Positions 11,991-25,960 of a DNA stretch of 64,000 nucleotides are shown here, piece after piece; positions within the stretch are counted from its first letter, which is position 1; the number at the start of each line of letters is the position of its first letter. The DNA is from Haplodiscus bocki. Lineage: Eukaryota. Below the pieces are notes generated by a model, which saw only the letters and a program-made list of their open reading frames with translations, searched no databases and was not told where the DNA came from. The position numbers and the translations under genes are program-made. The stretch is taken from NCBI GenBank assembly GCA_965655095.1, contig OZ296649.1, forward strand, positions 7,750,001 through 7,814,000, written 5' to 3'.

Positions 11991-13689
11991 ATCTAAAAAA
12001 GTGGAATCCATATAAACCACAACTAAACTTCAAAGGTGTCACAATTTTAATTTCACATTTATTTCATTGAATGATTCACCTTCTACAATACTCTAAAGTT
12101 TGTGGCCAGGTAAAAAAAATCAATATTAAATCTTTTCATCAGTTTTACTATTGTGAATGTGTAGTAGCAACTAAGACCCAAAGAGTGACGTTTTCCCAAA
12201 AGTTCTGTCGAATTTAGTCTTGCAGCGTCATCTAGTTTTTCTTCTTTTCGTGAACCAAAGTAATTAAGCATAATCCGGAATGAATGCAGCGCCGTGTCCG
12301 CGGTGTCACTAAATTGTCCCTATCATTCGCTGCTTGTAAGCTACCAGTAGACCACGGATGTTTTTCACCACTCTTTTGGAAATAAATTCCAAGAACTTAT
12401 TGGGATTGTTCTTAGAATCTAATCCTTTTCTCCATTATGTTATCAAATGTTTTGAAAAAAAAATACTTCTGGTCATGTGTACATTTTTCTCTCAATGTAG
12501 ACACCATCTATTTTTTTCAAGTTCGTGGATCAATGTAAGGTCGGTGGAGGAATGGTCTCTTCAATATCCTTTTATGAGCGATATTGTCCTTCCATTTTCC
12601 CTGAAATACGAACATGGGAGAGAAGGAATGAACAAAAACGTGTGCATTTCCCCCCTTGATTCGGCATTTATCCTCAGATGCTTGTCACTTTCAGTACTTT
12701 ACCTTTTTTTCTACCAAGACACTAGAAGCCTAAACGAGTATATAGGAGAACTTTGTGTACTAAATGCACAACGAGACGGTCAGCTACCACCGGCAAGTTT
12801 TCCTTTTTCCCGTTTTGGTAGAAATACTTCTCTAAAATATGAAAGCATAATTTTTTCAAAATACTCTGTTTCTTCATAAACTTTCCTAATTTTTCCAACT
12901 TTAAAAAAATTCTCATTTTTAGCCACAAAAACTCCAAAGGAAGCTTGAATGACATTTTCAGGAGAAAGTACCAGTTGAGACATATTCAACGAAATGTTTA
13001 CCACATCTGGCAATTTTGAAAAACTTCAAGATTTTTTTTCGGGGAGAATAAATGTATTTTTCCAAAAAAAACACGTTTTTTTGAGCGTTTGGGGATATAT
13101 TACTCTTCCAGTCTTCCAGTCGCCTTCTACGGTAAATTTTTTACAATTTCACAGTCAAGAATGTTTGTTTCTGGTGTGAACAAATTGGCAGATTTCCGTT
13201 AAAAAAACGCACCCTTTCGACTGGCTGATTTTCCTTCGATATATAATAAATCGGAAGCAAATAACTGTATTTTTATATTGTGCAGAAGCGGTAGCGGCGT
13301 CTTACCGAACGTTCTGAAAAAGTGAAGTCGGAATTTTTACACGGCTCAAGCTAAGTAGCAAGTCATCACATGTTCAACTTTTTCTGAAGTCTTAATTGCT
13401 CATAACATGTTCGCTGACATTGGGAGGGCCACGATGTGAAGGCCCAAATTCAAAGCGCTTCGTTTTCCCACACTTTCGAGGAAAAATTGGTTGTACAGCT
13501 CCGCAAATATTGTTCGAAAAAAGAACAACAATTACTTTACCATTTTTCATCATGTAAGAACTTTAGATTTTGTGAACACGCGTTTTCTTTCTGATAAAAT
13601 GGCGCTAACGGCAATCAAACGGAATGCTAAATGTTTTAGCGACAGTGTTTGTCGGTATAAAGGCGTTGAGGGTGTTTTAATTGAAAGTT

Positions 13690-16600
13690 AGTGGTGTTGC
13701 TGCCGTTTACACCACTACATCAGCAAAACAGCGGCATCTTCGAAAGAATCCAACTTGGTAGGAAGACGGTAAATTAATCTTCAATGATTGATTTATTGCA
13801 AAATGAGCGTTTTTTTATTGTTATAACCCTACTGATTTATTGATTTAGTTACGCAAGACAACTTGAGTTTGGGTGACCATAAAGACTCACAAACATTCGT
13901 TTAGTTCAATCTGGCAATAAATCTTCTATATAGATTAGACGAATATAGTTTCTAACATGTCAACCTGGATTTTAGAAGATTAGTATATGAGGCAGACTGA
14001 AAACTCAATACTTGAAACAAACCTCAAAATTGTAAGCCCAACGAGAACAAAACAAAGAACAATGAACGGCGACAAAGTTGGAAATATGTGTCAAGACCAA
14101 AAACAGCTGAGAGGAAGAAAACTTATGACAACATGTTATTCCTAGAGAGATTTGAGTAGCACGCCAAAAGATAACACGGTGTGGGAATTGTTAACTCAAA
14201 TGATAAGTTTTCAGTGGCATCGAGTTTTATTGGTAATGGGCTCTGGCACCGCAAGCAACTTTAAAGATCACCGGACCAGGCTCAAAAAGTGGACAAATTG
14301 CTCGGAGCTGTATAACCTATATTATCTACCGAAGTGAAAAAAAAATCAAATTTGTTCTGCGTCCATAAATGAATACCCAGAAAACTATTGGGATAAACTG
14401 ATTACATTGCAGACCAAATGTGAATTTAGGGAATTTCGGTAGAGAAAAAATCTTTCAAGATTTATTACATGGTTCGCCGAAAGAAATGTTCAGAGACAAC
14501 ATGATCACCGACAAAAACTGGGCAGCTGAACAATCCACCAGAAAACATGACACAAAGAGATTTTTTAAAAAATTTGAAACTCATTAATTTAACCACAACA
14601 GAAAAGAACTCAAAGAAAACTGACACAAAGAATATCACAAACTGAAAGCAGGTTAATAACGTTACAAAAGACGGAAAAACTGTCAATTTTGAAAGGCACC
14701 AAATTGAAATCTGAATCGTAAAAATTCCAAAAACAGAAGCAACAAACCATATTTGTGAAAGAGAAGACATTTTGCAATAGCAACCAGATTGGATGCAAGA
14801 AAAAATCGATGACGCTATTGAAACTGAAAATTCGGTTGAAAGTCAAACAATTGGAACAGATCCATCGAAACAGAAAATACTCAATATATTTCGAGCTACA
14901 GATAAGAAAGGTATTTACCACGAAAGTATTGATATACGGGACTGAAGAACATTTTTTTACGGATATTGGATTTCTGGTTATCATGGAAGAAACCGATGAA
15001 GAAATAGCAAAAGTGGAAAAATTGAACTGATGGTCGGCACAGACCAGGAAGTTAACAAGAAGGAAGAAGGAACTTTGGGAGTAACCTTACTTTGGAAACC
15101 TTGCATAATGCATCAAAAAGAAGCTGCCAAAACTAGTCACTGTGTGCGAAGATATCAAAACATTACTCGGAATGGACCGATAGCAAGAAAATCAGTGGAC
15201 AATTCAAAAACCTAATTAAAGAAAAACATTGTTTGGAGAAAATTTGAATGATCAAAGAAAAGATTGGCTGACTGCACAGAAGGAACCTAACACTCAACAA
15301 CACAGAGTTCCAAAAATTAGAATATATTTGAACTCGGATAAGCTCCGAGAAAACAAAAATCTAGGGCCCTGATACACCACTTACAGCAATTTCTGGAAGA
15401 CGACAGGAACAGGATAATAAAAACAGTCAACCAGGAAGAACTTGAAAACTGTAAAAAAATCAATTCGCGTCCGCTGGAAAAATATTCGTCGAAATATTAA
15501 AGTCAGTATTACATGCCTTCGAATCAGTAAACATATTTAAAAGCTGGGTATAATAAAAACTGGACTGTTAAATATCAAAAAATTGCCAAGCTAATTACAC
15601 AATTAGAAAACGAACCTTTATGGACATCAAAAAACCTTTTAAAAAGCATCCGTTCGAATCAAACTCTCCGGAAGTACAACCAGTCAAGTCATTTTTGCGG
15701 CTACCGGGGCATTCATAAACGGTTACTACACGCACAAACTCAGTGCTCTTTTATGGAATTGGAAACCTTTTTTGTGTGTTTTAGAATGCTGAAAAATTTG
15801 ACAGTGAGTATCAGAAAAAAACGGCAGTATAGCATAACTGCTGCCAAACTATACTCATTGGAACTCGGATTAAGAAAAAAATATGAATTCACGGTACTAC
15901 AGAAAATGATGGCTGAAATACACTGCTTTGTGCCATTTGCAGTCCGGTTTTCAGGAATGGCTTGAAGCAGAACCGAAATTGGAATTACTTTTCGGCAAAT
16001 ACAAAGTCACGAAGCACTATTACTAAAACCGTTTGGCAGTAGACACTTGAAGGACACCGAAAATAATTACTCAGGAGGAGGATTAGAAATTTTCACCGCA
16101 ATTCTTGGCCTGAGAAAAGTTCCACTTGCTTTTATAGCAAAAAAGCTGTATACGTGAATTCAGCCTATCAAGTATTTCAACATTAACAACCAAAATAAAG
16201 CAAATAGACAACAAAGCGCCCGACCTATACATTAGCATGACAGACTGGTAAACTGTTGTAAATCCATTAAACGGAAGGTGGAAAGTAATTGAAAATTGAC
16301 TGACTATTTGACAGCGACCAAATGAAAAAGCGTCACCGGAAGAATTTTATGAAAAAGATTTTGTTATCAAAAAAACTTTAATTTGAATTATGAATAGAGA
16401 CTAATCTGGAACGACAATCAGAGACAGATAACAACATATGTTCCACTCGGAAAAGAAACTCGGTTTATGAAAGCATGCAACTTATTACGCTAACCCGATT
16501 AATTACAACGTTTATTACTCACAAAAATCTCTGAAAATAGAACCAAGTTTACATTCAAACTTTTTGAACGTTACACCTAATCGTTTGACAGACTGTGAAG

Positions 16601-17900
16601 AGGAAAGGAGTTGCAACTTTGAATCTCATCACATGGGAGTCAATCGAAAAGAACTTAATGCGATCGCCAAGAGCAACAACGATGCGGAAAAGTCCGAAAA
16701 AATGAGTAAGAAAAGAAACGATCAAAGATAATGAACTGAAGGACGTCTCAAAGAAATATTACGCTCTGTTGAATATGAACTGTTGAGGGTGTAAAACAAT
16801 TGAATGCGGCCTGTTCAGACATTACTACGTATTCAAATCAATGATGTGATATCGACATGCAAACAACTAGGGTGCGAAATAAAATTTTTTAAAAAGCTCC
16901 TTTCTGTTCCATCGCTGATCAAAGACCTTTGCCAGTAAAGCTTCAGTTCATCTGAAACTGCTTCATGTCAAACCTGCATGAGAAACAATGAAAAACCAAG
17001 AGCACTCTAGGAAATTGCCAGGTTTTCGACCAACCGTCCGAAAGGTTCTGTTAATCAATTTCCTTGGGACAAAATCGCAGTACCCAAAAACCTGAAAAGA
17101 CGAGAGATGGATACGAACACAAAAGGCTTTTTGGTAGACATGGATATGAAGGAAACATCGAATAAAATATCTCAAAATATTCTGCTTCTGTGAGTTTGGG
17201 TAAAATTTTGAAGTACAAAAAAGCATGAGTAAGTCAAGCTGAAGCTATTAACGGCGATGTGACAAAAAAATCCACTTCACGGCAGTAGGGAGATTTGAGG
17301 GGGGGACTGAACTGAGCTGTAACTGAAAAGAGACAGAAAATCCATTTATTTTCTAGCAGTCGACTGGTACAGTGATAAACTATCGGTAAAGAAAAGTTGC
17401 AAGCTAACAGAATGAAAACAAGTTAGAAAGTTACTGGAAAGATTTTGTGACTCTTTTGGCAAGAAAGAAACAAAAGAATCCGACCGAGGTAGGGCTTTTA
17501 CAGCAAACTAGTATAACGAATTCCTGCAATCGATAAACATGGTGAAAGATTATTGTCCACTACGTTTTTTAGCTGGAAACGGTGCAGTGGAATGCACAAC
17601 AGAAACCATAAAGAGTCTCAATATGGTTATTTTGTAACAATGCGGAGTCTTGACGGAAAAGTTAATCGAACCTTGAGATAATTGCAACGTGGTTAGAAAG
17701 GGAGGCAGCCGCCAACCAAATTCGATAGCATATTAATATCAAATTGGCTAACTTGCCCGGAAACAGAAACCATTTGATTTCAGCCAGACCGCAAGAGGAA
17801 AATAGGAGACCATGTGAGAAGAATTCTAGGCGATAACTTTTCAGAGAAATATGAGTTTGAAAATCGGCAGAATAAGAAAACTGAATGGACCTTCTGGCAT
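13690..17900 (+). mobile_element. Ancient gypsy-type retrotransposon relic (different family)
   Basis: Frame-broken remnants: RNase H FAVRF...KLELL (~15940-15990), LTDYL..PNEKASPEEFYEKDFVI (~16300), integrase IYFLAVDWYS (~17345), SDRGRAFTA (~17480), CPL...GNGAVECTTETIKSL (~17555-17620). Confidence 0.65.
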
Positions 17901-17999
17901 GTTCAGCCTATCAGCCTATCAACATTCCAATCGATCTGACACAGTCAGAAATTGTTCCATTTAATAAATATTTAAAAATATATCATTGTCAATTCAGAC

Positions 18000-20900
18000 C
18001 TTGATAGAAGAAATCAAATCGGCAGTTTTCTAGTTTTCAAGAAGTTGGAGTTGGAATATCGAGATAACTCAAAACTCAGAGAACTCTTGCCACTTTTGGT
18101 CAGTCAAGACTTCAATTCCAATGTAAAGGACAGAATGATATTTTAAAACGATTGGTCTACATCAAGTAAGAAGCAATCGATTGACTCCTTGATTGTAAAA
18201 CCAAGCAGATAGAGTTGAAAAAGTACGAGTTTGAAAAGCGAGGCATGTCCAAACTAATAGTACATTCTGCCACTCCTGTTCTACTGGGATTCCACTGCAC
18301 GAATGACAAATATTGCTTTTCGGTTAAATCTTCCAACGAAAATAGCAAGCTTCCGGTTGAGACCTTCAACAGAGGAAGCCAGCCAGTAGTTTTGGAGAAC
18401 ACAAGTTTCAAAATCGATATGAGTCTTCATTAGAATAACTTCTGGATAATTTGGACTACCACGATTCCCGTGCACGAAGGGGGTTGTTTTTTTGAACTCA
18501 ATACTCCGCGGAAAGTGGAAAATTTCCCGATTGCGACCTTGGTTGAATAAATCAAGCCTGTGATTTTGAGAAAAAAAAACAATTTCAAGTCGGAGATTAA
18601 TGAAAAATAGGAGCATTTTGGCTTTCTCAGACAATCAGGATTCCAATGCGACGAGAAACATCACTAAATTTTTTATGAAATGGTCTACCAGGAGAGAACT
18701 ACGAATTGGATCATAGAAAAAATGTCAAAACTATAAGCATTTGTTTGGCGATTTCGAACTGAAAAAATCCAATGCGAGAAACAAAATCAATGTTTTTAAC
18801 CAGCAAAATTTCTCTTCAACTAGATTTCTGTCAGTTGAGAACTTGATGAAAAAACTCAAGTTGGCAGTCACGGAGAAAACAGTGTTAGCATCTCGTCATG
18901 AATCGAAACTAATGGCTCATTTCGGAATCTTCGGGCTATCAAAATTTTTATCCAGGGACCTCAAATTAGCCATATTTCGAGTTTTAATCCATACTTGCAA
19001 ATCGTTCAAAAGAGATCTTGAATGAAGAAATCAAGCCTGCAGATACTGAAGATTATGAGTTTCAACATGAAATTGAATCAAAATAATGAGCATATTTGGA
19101 TTAACCAGACTCTGAGAATTCAGAGGCAAAGATTAAAACGAAATGTTTTTCAATCAAATACCCCCTCAAAAGTTCAGAACTTTTGATTGACATGTTCTTG
19201 GCGGAAATCAGGCCCGAGATTGCGCAGAAGTATCAGTCTCAAAATCAAGATAAAGCAGTATACTAGGACGTTTTGATTTTGGGACTATCTGGATTGTGAT
19301 GCAAGGAACAAAATCGAAGTAATTTTTTTTTCGAATTCTACTTTGCAAGTGCAAAACTTTCATTTGGCAATCGGAAAATTGAGGAAAGACGCCAAAACTG
19401 TAGTTATGGAGAAACATGAGTTCGATAATTGGAAAGAATCAATCTTAATAGCAATTTCTGGAACATTCGGACCATCAGGGCTCTAAAAGAGGGATTGAAG
19501 AAAAAACACATGAATCACTTATTCTTGTAAAAGTTGAATCTTTTCGTTTGAGTCCTTGATGGAAGCAGTCAAACCAGTAATTACGAAAAAAGACGAGTTG
19601 AATATTGCGATGAATCAGTATTGAAAGCACGTTTTAGAATCATCGCACTCTTGTGGTTCCGGCGCAAGGATCAAAGTAAATAATTTATTTGCTGATTCCT
19701 CCACTGCGAGCGTATTATTTCTGATTGAGACCTTGTAGAACACATCGAACCTCTAGTAAACTGAAAAGCATGAGTTCATCAAGTGAGAGATCTCAAAATT
19801 GATAGCACCTTTTGGAACTTACGGAATATCGGGGTTCTAATGCCAAAATGAAAAACTTTATTGTTCCAATTGAATGTTCCTCGACAAAAGTGAATCTTTC
19901 AATTTGGACATTGATGAAAGAAATCAAACCTGTTCTTTTAGGTTTTTGAGTACGACAATCGAGAAAGGTCTGTGTTCATCACTTTTTTAGAAAATTTGCA
20001 AATTCAGGAACCTAAAACGAAACCAAAACCATTAGAATGGCTTACCAAAAGTTGAAAGCTCTGGAATGAGTCACTGATTGGAGAAAAAAATCACTAGTTA
20101 GAGATACGTAAAATAACGTTGCAAAGCCAGATTTTTCAAAAACTAATGGCACCTTTTGCATTACCAGTCAATCAGGATTCTAACACAAAGAAAGAACCAA
20201 TAACTCTCCGATCGAGTATACTTGTACAAATAAATGGCTTCCAAGTGAAAACTACAAAAATGAAAAGAGTTTTGTTTTTTTGGAGAAGAGTTAGTAGAAG
20301 CAACAAAGTATTTCAAAACTAACCGTGTTTTCTGCTTTTCTTCATTTCTTCAAATTGGGAACCACAGAACGTAATGTTCCAGTGGGAGTGTTTCGGAAGT
20401 ACAAAAGAATTGAAGACCCCGGAGAAACTAAGAGAGTGAAGAAATTTGTAACCCAAATTTTGAAAAAAGAATTCATATAATCCAATCTGTATTCAATTTT
20501 TCAACAGATTTGCACACTCATATATTTATTCGGTTTCCTGGAAGTTCGATAAATTTTTCTCAATTTTTCGAAAACTAGTCAAACACAACCATTTCTTCGT
20601 TATACGTTAAAAAACGGCTAATTTTTGGGAAAAAAGCGGTCGCATTTCTTAAGGAATCAAGACGATCATGAATATGACACGGGAACCAAATAAATGGTTT
20701 GTTAATTGAATCATTCTCTACGAGTGTGATATTTTCATTCCAGGCTATGATGGAACAAATGAAACCTGTAGTTACTGGGAAAAACGAGTTTGATATTTCG
20801 AGATTTATCAAAAAGGCTAGTAATTTTTGGAAATTTAGGACTATCACAATTGTGACGCAAGGCACAAAACGACCGATTTTTTAATGGAATACTCAAGTAC

Positions 20901-21050
20901 AAGTAAGAGGCTTTCGATTGAGACCAAAATGAAAGAAATGGACCGTGTATTTTTGGAGAAAAGCGAGTTACTACATCAAGGAAATTCAATGCTCATTGCG
21001 CTTTTTGTTAATCAGTCAATGTGGAGATCACAGAAAGATATGAGCGAGTA
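18000..21050. repeat. Degenerate tandem array, ~177-bp unit, about 15 copies
   Basis: AAATCAAGCCTG/AAACCTGTAG...GAGTT-like motif recurs at ~18011, 18195, 18374, 18549, 19028, 19205, 19383, 19563, 19740, 19920, 20755 and 20930. Confidence 0.65.
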
Positions 21051-21879
21051 GAAGTATTTTCGAAGCAAAATACTATTTTTGACCTCTGAGAAACTAGGAT
21101 AGTGAAAAAAACTGATAGCCAAACACTGGGATTATCATGTTCGATTACTTACATCTAAATTTAATTTTTTTAACACATTCATTTTCTTTTTAATATTTTC
21201 GTTTTTTTCGGAAAATCAAAATTTTTTTCTCAATTTTGCCAAAATTATTCAGAAATAAAGATTTGTTCCTGATTCGTTGGGGGAAACAGATAACTTTTGC
21301 GAAAAAACAACCCACGTATCACAGAACCCTAATTTTGCTCGATAGATCTCTATTTTTTTTCTTTCAAAAAATCAGAATGTGTCAACGAGTATCTGTGAAC
21401 ATTCAAAAAATATGGCCCACAGCGTGATTCTAATTGCCACTTCTGGCTTCCTAAGCGCAGTAACACCCCATACATATGTATTATAGAAGACACCAACTGT
21501 TCTGCAGACGATTTTGCGCGTCACGGGCAAAATCAGGAAAAGGAAAAAATTCTGACCACTGAATTGAATGTTTTCCTTCCGAAAAAATTTTTCGACGGAG
21601 AACAACCATGGAAATTACTTGAAGAGAATTTAATTGAGTGACTACATTTTTTGGCGAAAAATTCAAAAGCAATTTGTAGAAGGCAGATTTAAAAGAAAGA
21701 TCAAAGTTGACATAGTTGGTAAAAGCACACCGTTTTCTCCAAAGATAAGGAAATTTTAGTCGGGAATTTTTTTCACAAATAATTCAACTCCCTAAATTGC
21801 TAAAGAAGGCGGAGAAAATTAATGGGTCTCTAAATAAACATACTCTGATGGGACCTGGATGAAAGCTTGTTAGCGAGGC

Positions 21880-24170
21880 TACGGAAGGAGAATTTTTAAA
21901 GATAAACCAGCCGACAAAAAGCAAATAGAGGAACCGAAGGACAAGTACCACAGTGATGTTGAGTATTACAATAATAGGCGCAGCATCGGTGCAATGTTCT
22001 ATGTCGACGGTGGCTCAGAGTGGCCCAAAAAGAAATTGGTGATAACTCCAAGAATAAACGTAGGCGCTCTGGGAGGCTCGCTCGTAGCTCAGTGAGTACA
22101 CTTTTAGATAAAAATTGGTGTTCTCAAAACTGATTTCTACGTGTCCAGAGAAATTTTTTGAGCGAATTTCGTTTGAAAAAAATCTAAAAACTTGAATTTT
22201 TTTAGACAATTTTTTTACTTCAAACAAAAAATTTTGGTTAGTTTTCTCAAAACTGATTTCTACGAGTCTAGAGGGACAGCACGAGTGAAAATGAGTTTCT
22301 CAAGAAATTCGAAATTTCACTATTTTTTTCTGACTTTGAGAAAAAAATTGACTTGTGTCAAATAATTTTGCTACTATGCCACATCATTTCAGCAATTTAG
22401 CGATTAGATATCTTTAAAATCACTTTTCATCACAAACGCTCAGTGATGTCAGAAAGCTTATCAGTAAAAATGTCGAGAATCTTGAACAAGACAAGGCACG
22501 TGCATTCCAATGCGGCTGGATGCTTGAGCGGGCCAAGACACAAGCATTCCTGTGAACTGGCAGAATGTCGCGGTAAATAAAAAATATAAAACAGACTACT
22601 GAATTCCAAATGCTACCTTCGTAAAATAATATGACGCAGAATAACAAGTCTCACAGTAAACCTGTACATGTAGTTGTGGACACCGGGGTGAAAATTAGCT
22701 TCTCAAGCGGCGGACTGAACTTGTTACCGAACAAGTCCGTCGAAGAGAGGTTTAATTTAATTAGTGAGAATATCGATGATTCATTTGGGAAAAAATTACT
22801 TAGATCAACAAAAGGAAAATTTAAACCACTGGAAAGTTTGGGCTGCTTTTTTTAATTTTGACAATATTTCGGTTAATTTTTTGAAATGCTATTATGCAGC
22901 TTATCATAACGAATAATTATTACAACGCAAAACCGGAGAAGACCGAGACTAAAAGCCAAAAGATTCTCATTGACGGATGTCAAAAGCTGAGGGGAGAGGA
23001 ATCCACGGTGACATGAGGGTAGTTACTTGCTAGTTTTGTTACGGAATATAATCTGAAGTTCCCTCAACATGAACATTGAAAAACATTTGTTTAGTCCTGA
23101 TTTGAGTTTGAATATTTTTAGTCAATCTGGCTATGATTCTCTTCTCGGTATACATTACACGAAAAACCTCTAACACTTCAATTGATTTTTACTTCAGTAG
23201 ATTAGAACGGATATTCGTAACAAAGCGCCAATTTTTTGCTTCTGTAGCAATTTTCCAGAATTTTTTTGCACCTTTTCGTTAAGACAATGTTTTTGTGGTT
23301 GCTCTAAAGTTTAATTCATCTTTTTCAAAGTTTTGAGCTCTTAATTTTGATGAAATTGACTTTACTGGTTCAATTTTATCTGAATATTGCTTCGTTATTT
23401 TGACTTTAAAGGTGCTGATGGTGCAGTTGCTCCCGAAAAAGATCCGAACCACATAAAAGGAGCGCACGAAGCAGAAGTGAGGGAGGTTGGAGAAGTCACT
23501 GGTACTGTTGATGAACCGGCAGGGGGTGTCGATGGACTGGTAGTAGCAGAAATTGTACATACCTGTCTAGAAGTCAAAACTTCTCTCCCAAAGACAGAAA
23601 ACGTGTGAAATGGTGAAAATAGTGGAAAGGTGGAATAAACTTATGAATTACTCGACAAATATTCGATCTCAACTATGATATTTCAACATCCTGGAAATCT
23701 GCACTGAATAGTAGAGACATGGTAAAAACATAAGCACCATTGCGACATTTCCCAAAATCTTGAACCAAGCAAGCTTTGAAGTTATCCTCATCAATAATAT
23801 TGAGAAGTTCATGGAGTTGTTAGTAAATTTCCATGCAGCCATATCCAAAGTTTATGAGAATATTGTATCATCGATAAAAACTTGGCCGAAAAATAAATTA
23901 ACCATATAATTGATAAATCCCCCCATCCATATCTATCCCCACCCTCTCAAACCACGTTCTTCAATGTCCACCAGTACAAATCGTGAATTTCTCTTTGAAT
24001 TGAGAAATGCAAACAACTTATAAAGTGAACAGAATTTTAAGAACTTTAGAATGGTGATCACTTCGAGAAAGGTTGGGTACCCGGGTCTAAATTTTGTCCA
24101 GAATTTTTCTACAATAAAGACGCATAAGACAGTGGCCGTCATCGCTTAGCAAAATACCAGCGAATACTGA
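21880..24170 (-). pseudogene. Probable claudin/PMP22/EMP-superfamily tetraspan gene remnant (multi-exon)
   Basis: C-ending-codon exon ~23405-23562 after an AG acceptor encodes GMYNFCYYQSIDTPC...LPHFCFVRSFYVV (GLWxxC...C then VRxF TM2 pattern). Upstream TM1-like VFAGILLS/MTATVLCVFIVEKFW (~24100-24170) and downstream TM4-like SLWYLSFGSSICFLSAGL (~21900-21960). Contains stops and a frameshift. Confidence 0.4.
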
Positions 24171-24959
24171 CGTTTCGTGGCAAAATGTCTGGGCAAACGG
24201 TCTTTCGCGACAAAATAACGGCGACTACAACCGTGTCGCAGTTACTTTCCGCCGATGAATTTTACCTCCTTTATCTTGGAAAAATAAAAGTGCACTAAAC
24301 TTCGTCCCTATCGTGGCAAAAAAATCGCTCTTAATTTTTGGGGCACTATCTTGGCAAACTTTGATGCAACTATCGGACGTTGATGGAGAAAGTTTCTTTA
24401 CTCTCTGCGAGACGGCTACTTTTTCTAGTTTGAGTCTTTTTCAGTATCTCTCTCTGCAGCACATATCTGAGCATCTGATTTCTCAAAGAACAATTTAAAT
24501 GAGTTCTCACTATTTTATAGAGGCATGACTCATGATCACATCTTACATCGCATGATCACTCTTAGATCACATCAACAAATTTGTGATATTTTTAACACGA
24601 CTCACAGACTCACACACAAATTTAGCAGAACACAAAAAGCCACTTGAAAAGAACATGAAAGTCAAATTTGTGCCAATGTATTTGTTTGGGACACACTTGT
24701 TGAAGTGAGCTGGAAGGAAAACTGTTGAATGCACCTGGTTTTTTGGACGCCCAAGGCTCTCCCTTCCGTTTTTTGCAGCAGGTATTGTAAAACTTTTACA
24801 TCAGCTTTTCTTCCTCAGAAATCGGCGGAAAAACCGGCCTTTCTCTGCAAAATACGGGCTATCCAACATTTTTAACGATAGATGCTCTACGATAACAGCG
24901 TATCGGCGCTTCTTCTCACAACATATAAATTTTCGAAAAGTAATTAACAATTGCTCAAA

Positions 24960-25960
24960 ATTCTCCTCTGGACCCGTAGAGTGCAGTTTTGACAATACCA
25001 GTTAAAACTATTTCGTTACCAGCTAAAACTAAAGTCCGAAATTATTGAAAAATTTTCGAAGTTCTCCAAAACAGCTAAAATTTTGTCGTTCAAAGTCCGA
25101 ACAAAAGATATTTTTGGAAACTTTCGAAAACCATTGCTGCAAATGTTCCTCTGGACACGTAGAATGCAGTTTTGACAACATTTGCTGAAATTTTCGCTTC
25201 GCTCAAAGTCCCAAAAGAGATAAATTTTGGAACTAATTCACAGAAAAACTCGAAGTGTTCCTCTGGATACGTGGAATCAGTTTTGACAACACCAGTTAAA
25301 AGCTTTTCGGTCTGAGTCCAAAACTTTTTGGACTTTTGCAAACCGCATTCGGTCAAAACTCTCTTCCACACGCCTAGAGTGTATTTTAACATTACCAGTA
25401 ATATTTTTTCACACAAAATTCAAAAACTATATGTAGAATTTTGAAAATTAAAACCTATAATTTCCTTAAAAAATTCCTCTAGACTGGCAGAGCGCAGTTT
25501 TGACAATACCAGCAAAAAAGTTTCTCAAAAAGTCCGAAAACAAACAGAGATCTTCGAGACTTCTCAGAAAAAAATTGGCTCAAAATTGTCGCCTGGACAC
25601 GGAGAATGCAATTTCGATCAAAACAGCTAAAAAATTTTGACTCACAGTCGGAACAAAAAGTTTTTCTGAAACTTTCAAGAAAATTGCTATAAATGTTTCT
25701 TTGGAGACGTCGAATGCAGGTTTGAACAAACCAGCCAAGAATTTTTCGCTCAAAGTCGGCAAAGAAAATTGTTTCCGAAAATATTCCAAAAAAATTATTC
25801 CCTAAAAATGTTTCTCTGGCCACTTGGAACGGAGCTGGAGCTTTCATGACTCCAGCCATTTTTTCTCTCAAAGTCCAAAAACAATCACATATTTTCAAAA
25901 TTTTCGAGAAAAAATTCGCTTCTAGTGGTCCTCCCGACACGCAGAACGCAGTTTCGAACG
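24960..25960 (+). repeat. Degenerate tandem array, ~113-bp unit with core CCTCTGGACACGTAGAATGCAGTTTTGACAA
   Basis: Core recurs at ~24967, 25149, 25260, 25362, 25476, 25592, 25700, 25814 and 25929. Reverse-complement copies at ~22123 and ~22246. Confidence 0.8.

Noticed and set aside
12358-12879. 173-aa ORF
   Set aside because: No recognisable motif; Phe/Leu/Ser-rich composition typical of T-rich repeat DNA.
13435-13710. LTR and tRNA-Val-like PBS (TGGTGTTGCTGCCG) for the third gypsy relic
   Set aside because: No partner LTR found and the PBS match is weak.
24960-25960. CRISPR-like repeat-spacer array
   Set aside because: Cores are too degenerate, spacers are ~80 bp, low-complexity and partly similar to each other; no cas genes.
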